From a virus: DNA of 64,000 bases. Shown here one piece after another: positions 29,217-38,358 of this stretch. The position numbers were made by a program, and so were the translations under genes. The stretch is taken from positions 96,001 through 160,000 of IMG/VR virus record IMGVR_UViG_3300042892_003815; one strand, given 5' to 3'. Positions within the stretch are counted from its first letter, which is position 1. Every line of letters begins with the position of its first letter. The notes below the pieces were generated by a model. That model worked only from the letters and a program-made list of their open reading frames with translations. It was not told the origin of the DNA and did not search any database.

Positions 29217-29366
29217 ATAAAAAGCTGTAGTTTAATCTATATATCATATAAAAAATATAAAAAACCTTGTTTTTTAATAAAAAACTAAAAATAAATTTAA
29301 AAAAATCATTTTTTAAACAATTACCTTTTATATCATATAAAATGTAACAAAAATATCAAGTAAAAT

Positions 29367-31034
29367 ATGTCATTAAAGAAAGATCTTTCAAAATACAATC
29401 CTCGAAAACAACAACAAGAAGCAATAGATTTCATAGACCAACAATTTAAAAAAGACCCTACTACCAAATTCTTCCTATTAGATATGCCAGTGGGTGTTGG
29501 TAAGTCTCACCTAGCTCTAATGATAGCAGATTGGTATAAAAAAAATAAAAATAAAATGGCTAGAGTTGATATAATTACCAACTCAAAAATTTTACAAGAT
29601 CAATATTCAAGTACTTATGAATCTATTGCAGATTTAAAGGGTAAAGAGAATTATGAATGTTCTTCTTATGCTTGTTCCTGTGCACAAGGATCTGAGTTTA
29701 ACAGACTTAATAAAACTTCTTGTGAAGTTTGTCCTTATTCTTCTGCACGAGAAGGGTATATTAGTAGTGGAGTTTCTTTAACTAACTTCTATCTTTATAT
29801 TCTTTATGCAATGTATAATCAGAAACTAATGGAAGTAAGAGATGCAAGAGTTTTAATTGTCGATGAGGCACATGACTTTGATGATGTGATGAGTTCATTC
29901 ATTTCTATAAAAATAACCGAACTAGTAATAAAAAGATTTAGTTTTTCTAATGAGAGTGATTTAATTGCTAGGTTAAAATCGGTTACTTCTATCAGTGCTT
30001 ATGTTGATTTTCTAAGATACTTCAATAATGAAGTAGTTACGACGATGGAACAAATGGAAAAGGGTATGTCTAAAGCTGACCGAGATATTGTTCAGGATAA
30101 AAGAGATTTAAAAATAAACAAAGTTTTAAGTGGTAAAAACAGTGATGTTAAAATAATGCAATTAGTTACCGATTTGAAGCAATATCAGATGAAAATTGAA
30201 TTATTCTTAACCGAATATAAGGCAAATCCAAATAACTGGGTATTAGAGTCTAGTTATAATGAGAAGTTAAGACAAAAAGAACTTTCGTTAGAGCCTATTT
30301 GGGCCTATGACTATTTAGATAAATATGTTTTCTCTCATTATGATATGGTATTTATGATGTCAGGTACTATTTTAGATAAGAATTTATTTTGTCAATTAAA
30401 TGGATTAGATGTCAGTAAAGCAGCTTATCACTCAATTGAGTCACCATTCCCTGCAAAGAACAGACCAATTATTTATATGCCAATTGGTAAGATGTCTTAT
30501 AAGAATAAAGAAGAAACTTTTCAAAAGTATATTCCTTATATAAAGAAAATTATGAATAAGTATGCAGGTCAGAAAGGAATAATACACACAAACTCATTTG
30601 AACTATCAAACTGGATTCAAAAAGGTATAAAAGATAAGAGATTTGTATTTCATGACTCAACAAATAAAGATGAAATGTTAAAAATGCACTGTGAGACTGA
30701 TAAACCAACCGTTTTAGTTAGTCCAAGTATGGATACCGGAGTTTCTTTAGATGATGATTTAGCTAGATTTCAAGTTATTGCTAAAGTGCCTTATCCAAGT
30801 TTGGCATCTCAAAAAAATAAAATGAGACAAAGTAATAATCCCGATTGGTATGCCTGGAAAACAGTTTCTGGATTTATTCAAATGACTGGACGTTCTGTTC
30901 GTTCTGATAAAGATTATGCAGACACTATTATTCTAGATGGTTCTTTTGGAGATGTGATGAAACATAGCTCACATTTCTTACCTAATTGGATTCAAGAAGC
31001 AATTAAAAGAGTAAATATCAAGGTTACTACATAA
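29367..31034 (+). CDS. dinG: DinG/YoaA (XPD-family) SF2 helicase with Fe-S cysteines
   Basis: MPVGVGKS, C....C.C...C..CPY, IVDEAH, MSGTI, QMTGRSVRS..DYA. Confidence 0.88.
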   Translation: MSLKKDLSKYNPRKQQQEAIDFIDQQFKKDPTTKFFLLDMPVGVGKSHLALMIADWYKKNKNKMARVDIITNSKILQDQYSSTYESIADLKGKENYECSSYACSCAQGSEFNRLNKTSCEVCPYSSAREGYISSGVSLTNFYLYILYAMYNQKLMEVRDARVLIVDEAHDFDDVMSSFISIKITELVIKRFSFSNESDLIARLKSVTSISAYVDFLRYFNNEVVTTMEQMEKGMSKADRDIVQDKRDLKINKVLSGKNSDVKIMQLVTDLKQYQMKIELFLTEYKANPNNWVLESSYNEKLRQKELSLEPIWAYDYLDKYVFSHYDMVFMMSGTILDKNLFCQLNGLDVSKAAYHSIESPFPAKNRPIIYMPIGKMSYKNKEETFQKYIPYIKKIMNKYAGQKGIIHTNSFELSNWIQKGIKDKRFVFHDSTNKDEMLKMHCETDKPTVLVSPSMDTGVSLDDDLARFQVIAKVPYPSLASQKNKMRQSNNPDWYAWKTVSGFIQMTGRSVRSDKDYADTIILDGSFGDVMKHSSHFLPNWIQEAIKRVNIKVTT

Positions 31035-31035
31035 C

Positions 31036-31064
31036 AAAAAAAGACCCAAATTGGGTCTTTTTTT
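31036..31064. terminator. Bidirectional intrinsic terminator
   Basis: AAAAAAAGACCCA-AAT-TGGGTCTTTTTTT. Confidence 0.85.
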
Positions 31065-31082
31065 ATTGTTTATATTTTATTA

Positions 31083-31658
31083 TTATTTACCTTGTTTTTT
31101 TAATATAGCTTTTTGCATTGCCTCAGGAAGTTTTTTCTGTCCAGCAGTTAAACCTTTTTTAGGTTCTTCTTTCTTATCATCTTTAGCGTCTTTAGCAGCT
31201 TTTTTCATAGTTTCTTTTTTATCACCATCTTTATCTAAATCTAAGAAATCTGGTTTACCTTTTCCACCTTTTTTATCATCTTTTCCACCTTTTTTAGCTT
31301 TTTGTTTATCTAAATAAGCTTGGAATCCTGCATTGATTTTTTTCTTTTCAACGATTTCTTCGTCACCCCATCTTCTGATTCTGTTTTCTTCTTGTGAATC
31401 TTCTTCCTCTTCTTCCTCTTCAGAGTGACCGTAGTCATCTTCTTCTTCACCTAATTCATTAGTTTCCTCATCTGCATCTTCACAGCCACAAGGTGTTCCA
31501 TTACAAAACTCACAATTTTGATCATCAAAGTCTTCATCGTTGAATTCGTTACCTTCTTCGCCAAACTTAACCACGTCACTTTCACGTTCTTGTGCGAATC
31601 TACCGAACTTATCCTCTTCTTCAAAACTAAAGTTCTCAAATTTTTTAATGTGTTTCAT
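31083..31658 (-). CDS. Putative prohead core/internal head protein (acidic N-half, Lys-rich C-half)
   Basis: MKHIKKFENF leader; E/D-rich segment; KPDFLDLDKDGDKKETMKKAAKD motif. Confidence 0.6.
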   Translation of the reverse strand: MKHIKKFENFSFEEEDKFGRFAQERESDVVKFGEEGNEFNDEDFDDQNCEFCNGTPCGCEDADEETNELGEEEDDYGHSEEEEEEEDSQEENRIRRWGDEEIVEKKKINAGFQAYLDKQKAKKGGKDDKKGGKGKPDFLDLDKDGDKKETMKKAAKDAKDDKKEEPKKGLTAGQKKLPEAMQKAILKKQGK

Positions 31659-31742
31659 ATTATTTTAAATCTATTTTTAATTATATATTAAATATTTATA
31701 TCACTTTTATCGTTTTTATAATTTTTTTTTAATATATATGAT

Positions 31743-32525
31743 ATGAAAATACAGAAATTTCAACAATATTCACTTCAAGACTCAATGGCATTAGATTTTA
31801 TCAATTCATTTGATGGTTTAATCACTGAATCTGATGAAACCGAATATAAAAAAGTACAAAAGCGAGTTATAAGTGATTTGAGATTAAATGGAAATTTATC
31901 TTTAACATTTGGTACAGGTATCAAAGCATTTTATCCAGTAGTAGATAAACTAATGACTAATATGAAAATTAGCTCTATTGATATTACTGCAGACAAAGTA
32001 GTCCTTCTTACAATATGTGCATTTACAATAGTTTATTTAGAAGAGAAAAAGTTCAAAGATGGTCAAGAAGAGGAAATCTTAACAAAAGATTCTAAGTCTA
32101 TGTTAGAAGAATTAAAGATGATGGGTATCGGAAATGGAATTGTTAAGAAGGTAGTTAAACTATTCAAGTCTATTACTAATATTTTCACAATAATTGGTAA
32201 ACATTTAAACACAGTTACCAAAGGTTTTATTGATATGTTTGCTTATACTGCAATTCTAATACCTATAATGAATGGAATTCTTTACATAATAGGAAAATAT
32301 GATCTAAGTGTAGATACTTTCCTACAAAATTTTGCTGCTTTAGGAATCGGTGTTGGAACTTTAATTGCAAAAAATGGAATAATTTCCATTATTGATAAAC
32401 TTAAAGATAAAATTAGTACAAAAGATAAAAAAGAAATAGTTGATGAGGTCGATACCACTGTTATAAAGAAGGTATCAGACTTTATTACGGAACCAACCGA
32501 TGGTGAAATGATTAATGAACAGTAA
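31743..32525 (+). CDS. Membrane protein with capsid-targeting-like leader
   Basis: MKIQKFQQY...LITE; hydrophobic helices in the centre and C-half. Confidence 0.6.
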   Translation: MKIQKFQQYSLQDSMALDFINSFDGLITESDETEYKKVQKRVISDLRLNGNLSLTFGTGIKAFYPVVDKLMTNMKISSIDITADKVVLLTICAFTIVYLEEKKFKDGQEEEILTKDSKSMLEELKMMGIGNGIVKKVVKLFKSITNIFTIIGKHLNTVTKGFIDMFAYTAILIPIMNGILYIIGKYDLSVDTFLQNFAALGIGVGTLIAKNGIISIIDKLKDKISTKDKKEIVDEVDTTVIKKVSDFITEPTDGEMINEQ

Positions 32526-32534
32526 TTTATAGCA

Positions 32535-32560
32535 AACTTAAACGTAAGATTTACTATAAT
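32535..32560 (+). promoter_or_regulatory. Candidate phage promoter AACTT-N15-TATAAT
   Basis: 20 nt upstream of the helicase start. Confidence 0.5.
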
Positions 32561-32580
32561 AATAAAATTAATCAAAATTA

Positions 32581-33909
32581 ATGACACCACAATTAGAAAA
32601 AGTATTTTTCAATTACATTTTAAGCAATAAGAAGTATTTTGATGTAGTTAAAACTTTCTTTTTTAGAAATTCTGAAATTCAATTTGTTTACGGAGTTATA
32701 CGAAGCTATATGTTAACTAATACTGATACTGGGACACCTACTCCAAGACAGATATTAGATATGGTCTCACTCGAAGACAAAGAAGGTGTTATCACGAAAG
32801 AAATTTTAAAATCCATTTTACAAGTAGATCTTAAAGAGTACGATGAAAAAAACTTCATCGAACCAAAATTTAATGCTTGGATCTTATCCAATCGTTTAAA
32901 AACAGGAACCGTTGATATTATCGACGAAACTAGAAATCTTGACTCTATCTCTGATTTTGAAAAAGCAGTTGAAGCAGCCGCACGTATTAAAGCAATAGTA
33001 GATGAAATGTCTTCTACCAATTTTGTTGACGATGATGATATGGGTGTCGACTTTGACGATGCCGAAAGTCACGTACAAGATAGTTCTAAGTTTAAAGTTA
33101 GTTGTGGTTTCCCAACTATTGACCACATGCTAGGTGGTGGATGGGATATTGGAACTTTCAATGTAATCATGGCAGAAACCAATAATGGTAAATCATTATG
33201 GATGCAAAACTTTGCGGTTAAGTCTGCCGATATGGGACATAATGTACTTTACATTACACTTGAAATGAGTGAAAGAAAAGTAATGAAACGTTTAGGAGCA
33301 ATGCGTTTAAAAATACCCATAAATGATTATGATGTTGTATCAAAGGATATTGACTTAATCAAAAAAAGAATCGCTGGTTTAAGTAAAACTGATGGTGGTG
33401 ATATTTTTGATAAAAAAGTCGGTAAGATATATGCTAAATTCTGGGCAGCCGGAACTGCAACTGTCGCAGACTTTGATAACTATCTTCAAAAGCTTAAAGA
33501 AAAAAAAGGAATTAAAATTGACTTAGTTATAGTTGACTATATTACTCTTGTCGCTGCACCTAAAGGTTCAGGAACAGATAACTTATACTCTAAAGGTAAA
33601 GTTCTATCTGAAGGATTAAGAGCAATAGGAGCCAAATATAAATGTCCTGTGATAACCGGAGTACAAGTAGCAAAAGATGCTTGGAACTCTGCAGATATTA
33701 CATTAGAAAGTGTACCCGAATCAAAAGCAATCGCAGAAACTGCTGATACATTTTTTGCAATTATTCGTACAGAAGAGATGAAAAGACAGAACTTGTATAG
33801 ATTCAAGTTACTGAAACAAAGAGATGGAGATTTCTTAAAGTCCCAGATTAGGTTAAACCTAAACTCAACCTACTTAACTCTAGAGAACGATCAGTTCCTA
33901 GATACATAA
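32581..33909 (+). CDS. dnaB: Replicative SF4 helicase (T4 gp41/DnaB-like)
   Basis: GFPTIDHMLGGG, MAETNNGKS (Walker A), YITLEMSE, VIVDYITL, ESKAIAETAD, LKQRDG. Confidence 0.92.
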   Translation: MTPQLEKVFFNYILSNKKYFDVVKTFFFRNSEIQFVYGVIRSYMLTNTDTGTPTPRQILDMVSLEDKEGVITKEILKSILQVDLKEYDEKNFIEPKFNAWILSNRLKTGTVDIIDETRNLDSISDFEKAVEAAARIKAIVDEMSSTNFVDDDDMGVDFDDAESHVQDSSKFKVSCGFPTIDHMLGGGWDIGTFNVIMAETNNGKSLWMQNFAVKSADMGHNVLYITLEMSERKVMKRLGAMRLKIPINDYDVVSKDIDLIKKRIAGLSKTDGGDIFDKKVGKIYAKFWAAGTATVADFDNYLQKLKEKKGIKIDLVIVDYITLVAAPKGSGTDNLYSKGKVLSEGLRAIGAKYKCPVITGVQVAKDAWNSADITLESVPESKAIAETADTFFAIIRTEEMKRQNLYRFKLLKQRDGDFLKSQIRLNLNSTYLTLENDQFLDT

Positions 33910-33950
33910 ACAACAAAATTATATTTTGTATATAAAAAAATAAAAATACT

Positions 33951-34913
33951 ATGGCAAACAAAATTGTCGATGAAGATGACGACTTCGAGAATGACTTTGA
34001 TAATGAAGATGATGATAACTTTGAAGGACCATCTATGGAAGAGTTTGAGGATGATTCTGATGATTCAAGTGACTCTGGATTAGACTTTGGTGATGATGAG
34101 GATTTAGATATTATCATTGAGATAGATGAAGATGATTTGAATCTTGATATAATACCAGAAGTTGAAAAATCCACTGAATCAGAAGAAGACATTGTACTTT
34201 CTAAACATAAAATAGAAGGAAAACACTCACTGAAATACGATTCGATCTTTAAAGGTAAGAAAGAAGAAGCGGTAGATGAAGATGATACATCAGATTTATT
34301 TTCCGGTTATTATAGAGAAACTATTGAAGTAGATAAAGGTTCTAATTATCATTTTGAATCAATTGATAATGAAATATACATTAGAACAAAATTAGTTAAA
34401 GAAAGAGTTTATTTTGTATTAGGAGAATATACTACGATTAGTTTTCTGAATAATAGAAGAAAACCATCCAGAGTAGATTTTAATAACTATTACTCTTTAT
34501 TAAAAATTCATCTAAAAGATGAGAGTTTTACAAATGTTGAACTATTCAATGAGTTATCAGTATACTTTTCTGATAATTTATTTAATATGTTTAAACTATT
34601 AGATAATAAGTGGCGTAATTTAATTATAAATGAATTACAAGACCATATAGGTAAAAATATCAATTCAAAAGATATTACAAATAGAAATATTTACGAAGGA
34701 ACAGAAATTGAATTTATCTGGGATGATCCAATCACAGAAGAAGAGAAAATTATAACCGGAGTAGTAATGGAGACGGATTATGAGAATAACACTTTTAAAG
34801 TAGATTCTTACGAAAATATTTATCAAGTAAATATTAAACAAATCTCTAAAATTTTAAATAATACAAAGTTTAAGTATAATTTAAACAAATTAAATAACAT
34901 AGATTTTTTATAA
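33951..34913 (+). CDS. Hypothetical protein with very acidic N-terminus
   Basis: First ~80 aa dominated by D/E. Confidence 0.65.
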   Translation: MANKIVDEDDDFENDFDNEDDDNFEGPSMEEFEDDSDDSSDSGLDFGDDEDLDIIIEIDEDDLNLDIIPEVEKSTESEEDIVLSKHKIEGKHSLKYDSIFKGKKEEAVDEDDTSDLFSGYYRETIEVDKGSNYHFESIDNEIYIRTKLVKERVYFVLGEYTTISFLNNRRKPSRVDFNNYYSLLKIHLKDESFTNVELFNELSVYFSDNLFNMFKLLDNKWRNLIINELQDHIGKNINSKDITNRNIYEGTEIEFIWDDPITEEEKIITGVVMETDYENNTFKVDSYENIYQVNIKQISKILNNTKFKYNLNKLNNIDFL

Positions 34914-35012
34914 AAAATATTTTTTATCAATTATAAAAAACCAATAAAAAAAAGAATATTGATTTTTTTAGATTAAAAAGTATTTCAATATATAAAAAAC
35001 AAAAAATTAAAA

Positions 35013-37562
35013 ATGAGCATGATAAAAGTAATAAAAAGAAATGGTAAGAAAGAGCCAGTCATGTTAGACAAAATCTTAGACAGAATCACACAACAAACTT
35101 ATGGGTTAGATCAAAAATGGATTGTTCCTTTTGAAGTAGCACAAAAAGTAATTGAAGGTATTATGCCAGATATTCAAACTTCTGTTTTAGATTCTCTAGC
35201 AATGGAGACTGCAGCATCTCTTACAACAAAACACCCTGACTATTCAACATTAGCGGCAAGATTAGCAATTACAGCATTACACAAAGAAACTAAAAAAAGC
35301 TTTTCAGAAACTGTTTCTGATTTATACAAATACATAGATCCTAAAACTAGAAAACATTCACCGATTGTTTCTAAAAAATTCCGTGATATTGTAAAAAAAC
35401 ACGCAGATGAATTAGACTCTGCAATTGTACACTCCAGAGATCATAACTTTGATTACTTTGGATTTAAAACATTAGAAAAGTCATATCTATTGAAACTTGA
35501 CGGTAAAGTTGCCGAAAGACCTCAATATATGTATATGAGAACTGCACTACAAGTTTGTGGTGAAGACATACAGGGTGTTATCGACACTTATAACTTACTT
35601 TCAGAAGGTTATTATACACACGCAACACCAACATTATTCAACTCTGGGACAACAAGACCTCAATTATCTTCTTGTTTCTTACTTGATACAGAGTCAGATT
35701 CTATTGAAGGTATTTTCAATACACTAAAAGAATCCGCACAGATTTCTAAAAATGCAGGTGGTATTGGTATCTCTTTTACAAAAGTAAGAGCAAAAGGAAC
35801 TTATATCGCAGGAACTAACGGTACTTCAAATGGTATTATTCCTTTCCTAAAAATCTTCAATGAAACTGCAAGAGCAGTAGACCAAGGTGGTGGGAAAAGA
35901 AAAGGTTCAATTGCAATTTATATGGAACCTTGGCATGCCGATATTATGGACTTCTTAGATTTAAGAAAAAACCAAGGTAAAGACGAAATCAGAGCTAGAG
36001 ATTTATTCCTGGCTATGTGGACCAATGACTTATTTATGGAAAGAGTTGACTTAGACGAAGATTGGTCTTTAATGTGTCCTCATGAATGTCCTGGTTTAAC
36101 TGAGACTTACGGTCAAGAGTTTAGAGATTTATATATTGGATATGAATCAGAAGGAAGATTTAAGAGAGTAGTTAAAGCTAGAGAAGTATGGAATAAAATC
36201 TTAGAATCTCAAATTGAAACTGGAACTCCTTATATCTTATATAAAGATTCTATCAATGAGAAGTCTAACCAATCAAACATTGGTGTAGTTAGAAGTTCTA
36301 ATTTATGTGCTGAGATTGTTGAGGCAACAGGAATTACTAAAGTTCAAAAAGAAATTCTTCAAAATAAAGAATTATTAGAAAGTTTAGGATTAGGCTCATT
36401 CTATGGTGAAGAATCAGTAAATGAAACTGCAGTTTGTAATTTAGCTTCTATCGCACTTCCTAAGTTTGTAAATAAAAACAAAACCTATAACCATAACAAG
36501 TTATTTGATGTTGCTTATCAAGCTACTGTAAACTTGAACAAAGTTATTGATGTAAATTATTATCCATCAGAAGCAGCTAGATTCTCAAACTTATTACATA
36601 GACCAGTTGGTTTAGGTGTTCAAGGATTAGCAGATGTATTCTTTTTATTGGGAATTACTTATGACTCTGATGATGCAAAATCATTAAACAAAGAGATTTT
36701 TGAAACTATTTACTATGCTTCGATTAAAGCCTCTTGTGATTTAGCTAAAGTAGAAGGTGCTTATCCAACATTTGCTGGGTCTCCAATTTCAGAAGGTAAA
36801 TTCCAATTTGACTTATGGGGTACTAAACCAACAAAAAGATGGGATTGGGACAAGTTAAGAGAAGACATTAAAAAATATGGAGTTAGAAACTCTTTAACTA
36901 CTTGTATTATGCCAACAGCATCAACAGCATCTATTCTAGGAAACGAAGCAAGTTGTGAAGCACAAACTTCAAATATGTACACAAGAGGTGTTTTATCTGG
37001 TACTTTTATCATTGTAAACAAATATCTTGTAAAAGAGTTAGTTAAATTAGGTATCTGGTCTGATAACATTAGAAGAAAGATTATTGCAGAGAATGGTTCA
37101 GTTCAAAACATACCTGAAATTCCTACTAATGTAAAAGAAATCTTTAAAACCGTTTATGAGATTAAACAAAGAGACGTAATTGATATGGCGGCAGAAAGAG
37201 GAGCATTTATTGATCAAACTCAATCTATGAATATCTTTATGGATTCTCCAAACTTCGCAAAATTGACAGCAATGCACTTTTACGGTTGGGGAAGAAGAGC
37301 TCTTATGAAAGATGAAAATGGTGTTGAAATTATCCCACAAGGAGAAAACACAGAAGTAATCTATGATAAATCTGGTAAGCCAAGATTTTACAGAGAGAAA
37401 AAATCAGCTTTAAAAACTGGTATTTACTATCTAAGAAATAAAGCAGCAGGTGATGCAGTTAAATTCACAACTCAAGAAGAAGTGAAATCTGTTGAAGACC
37501 AAATGGCAGAAATCAGTTGTTCGTTAGACAACCCAGATGATTGTTTAGCTTGTGGTTCATAA
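35013..37562 (+). CDS. nrdA: Ribonucleotide reductase class Ia large subunit (with ATP cone)
   Basis: VIKRNG ATP cone, HATPTLFNSG, LSSCF, SNLCAEI, AVCNLAS, MPTAST, KTGIYYLR, C-terminal CLACGS. Confidence 0.97.
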   Translation: MSMIKVIKRNGKKEPVMLDKILDRITQQTYGLDQKWIVPFEVAQKVIEGIMPDIQTSVLDSLAMETAASLTTKHPDYSTLAARLAITALHKETKKSFSETVSDLYKYIDPKTRKHSPIVSKKFRDIVKKHADELDSAIVHSRDHNFDYFGFKTLEKSYLLKLDGKVAERPQYMYMRTALQVCGEDIQGVIDTYNLLSEGYYTHATPTLFNSGTTRPQLSSCFLLDTESDSIEGIFNTLKESAQISKNAGGIGISFTKVRAKGTYIAGTNGTSNGIIPFLKIFNETARAVDQGGGKRKGSIAIYMEPWHADIMDFLDLRKNQGKDEIRARDLFLAMWTNDLFMERVDLDEDWSLMCPHECPGLTETYGQEFRDLYIGYESEGRFKRVVKAREVWNKILESQIETGTPYILYKDSINEKSNQSNIGVVRSSNLCAEIVEATGITKVQKEILQNKELLESLGLGSFYGEESVNETAVCNLASIALPKFVNKNKTYNHNKLFDVAYQATVNLNKVIDVNYYPSEAARFSNLLHRPVGLGVQGLADVFFLLGITYDSDDAKSLNKEIFETIYYASIKASCDLAKVEGAYPTFAGSPISEGKFQFDLWGTKPTKRWDWDKLREDIKKYGVRNSLTTCIMPTASTASILGNEASCEAQTSNMYTRGVLSGTFIIVNKYLVKELVKLGIWSDNIRRKIIAENGSVQNIPEIPTNVKEIFKTVYEIKQRDVIDMAAERGAFIDQTQSMNIFMDSPNFAKLTAMHFYGWGRRALMKDENGVEIIPQGENTEVIYDKSGKPRFYREKKSALKTGIYYLRNKAAGDAVKFTTQEEVKSVEDQMAEISCSLDNPDDCLACGS

Positions 37563-37566
37563 TAAT

Positions 37567-37595
37567 AAAATCCTCTTTTTTAAGAGGATTTTTTT
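37567..37595 (+). terminator. Intrinsic terminator after nrdA
   Basis: AAAATCCTCTT-TTTT-AAGAGGATTTT. Confidence 0.8.
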
Positions 37596-37607
37596 ATATA
37601 TAGTATT

Positions 37608-37862
37608 ATGAAAATAAGAAAATTTAATGAGGAAATTGGGAATCCAAGTTATCCTAATCCTCACAGACCAATGAAACAATTTGTTTTAACAACAACAAGT
37701 GAAAGTTCAGATCACTATATTTATTTTATTGAACATCCAGAAAAACCTACACAAGAAGAGTTAAAAAAGTTCTTAATTGAACAAGGAAATGATGTTGAAG
37801 ATGGATATTCATATGAAAATGTAGATATGTGTGTTGAAATAAAAGACTTTAAAAGACTATAA
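37608..37862 (+). CDS. Small protein with capsid-targeting-like leader
   Basis: MKIRKFNEE. Confidence 0.65.
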   Translation: MKIRKFNEEIGNPSYPNPHRPMKQFVLTTTSESSDHYIYFIEHPEKPTQEELKKFLIEQGNDVEDGYSYENVDMCVEIKDFKRL

Positions 37863-37932
37863 AAAATCCACCTTGGAAAAAAGCGAAATTTTCAAGGTTA
37901 CTATATACATAAAATAAATTAAAAAAAGATTA

Positions 37933-37958
37933 AACTTTTTCTAATTTAATAATACAAT
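37933..37958 (+). promoter_or_regulatory. Candidate promoter AACTT-N15-TACAAT driving the Ro60-associated RNAs
   Basis: Same spacing as 16318 and 32535; the implied start (~37965) coincides with the 5' end of RNA unit 1. Confidence 0.5.
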
Positions 37959-37965
37959 AATACAA

Positions 37966-38035
37966 TCAGTAGCAAATCATAGAGATACTTCGAAATGGAT
38001 TCTAAAAAACTCTCTAAGATAACTTACTCTGGTTT
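37966..38035 (+). ncRNA. Candidate Y-RNA-like RNA 1 (minimal)
   Basis: 5'/3' ends pair (AGTA/TACT, ATC/GAT, TAGAGA/TCTCTA); TAGCAAA and AGATACTTCG are shared with RNA 2; upstream of the TROVE gene. Confidence 0.6.
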
Positions 38036-38049
38036 TATTTTAAAAAAAC

Positions 38050-38275
38050 GCAAACATAGCAAAGTTCTAAGATACTTCGTATATTATACAACTATCAGCA
38101 AGAACGTATAAAGAGACTGCTTTATACTACCCACCTAAGAACTCAGCTTCTTAGTTATGGTTAAACAAGTCAGGAATTCATAAGTTTCCTTAAAAAGTAT
38201 GAGTGAGATGTTACTTAAAGATCGGCAAAGTTAAGTAGAATTCTTTGTGTCGCTTAGGCTAATATTCTTGTTTGC
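38050..38275 (+). ncRNA. Candidate Y-RNA-like RNA 2 with multi-hairpin insert
   Basis: End-pairing GCAAACA(38050-56)/TGTTTGC(38269-75) and CTAAG/CTTAG; AGATACTTCG motif; internal hairpins GTATAAAG/CTTTATAC, CTAAGAA/TTCTTAG, AGGAA/TTCCT, GCAAAG/CTTTGT. Confidence 0.6.
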
Positions 38276-38286
38276 TAAATTATAAT

Positions 38287-38327
38287 AAGACCAGATTTAC
38301 AGAAATGTAATTCTGGTCTTTTTTTTT
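38287..38327 (+). terminator. Intrinsic terminator between the ncRNAs and the Ro60 gene
   Basis: AAGACCAGA-TTTACAGAAATGTAAT-TCTGGTCTT followed by a T run. Confidence 0.8.
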
Positions 38328-38358
38328 ACAAAAGATGAAATAAAAATAAAATAAAATT

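Noticed and set aside
36318-37406. Intein or group I intron in nrdA
   Set aside because: The inserts are under 40 aa, in frame, with no C/S...HN splice motifs and no room for an intron core.
37985-37998. tRNA gene (TTCGAAA T-loop-like)
   Set aside because: No T-stem, D-arm, anticodon arm or acceptor stem; no canonical tRNA was recognised anywhere in the window.
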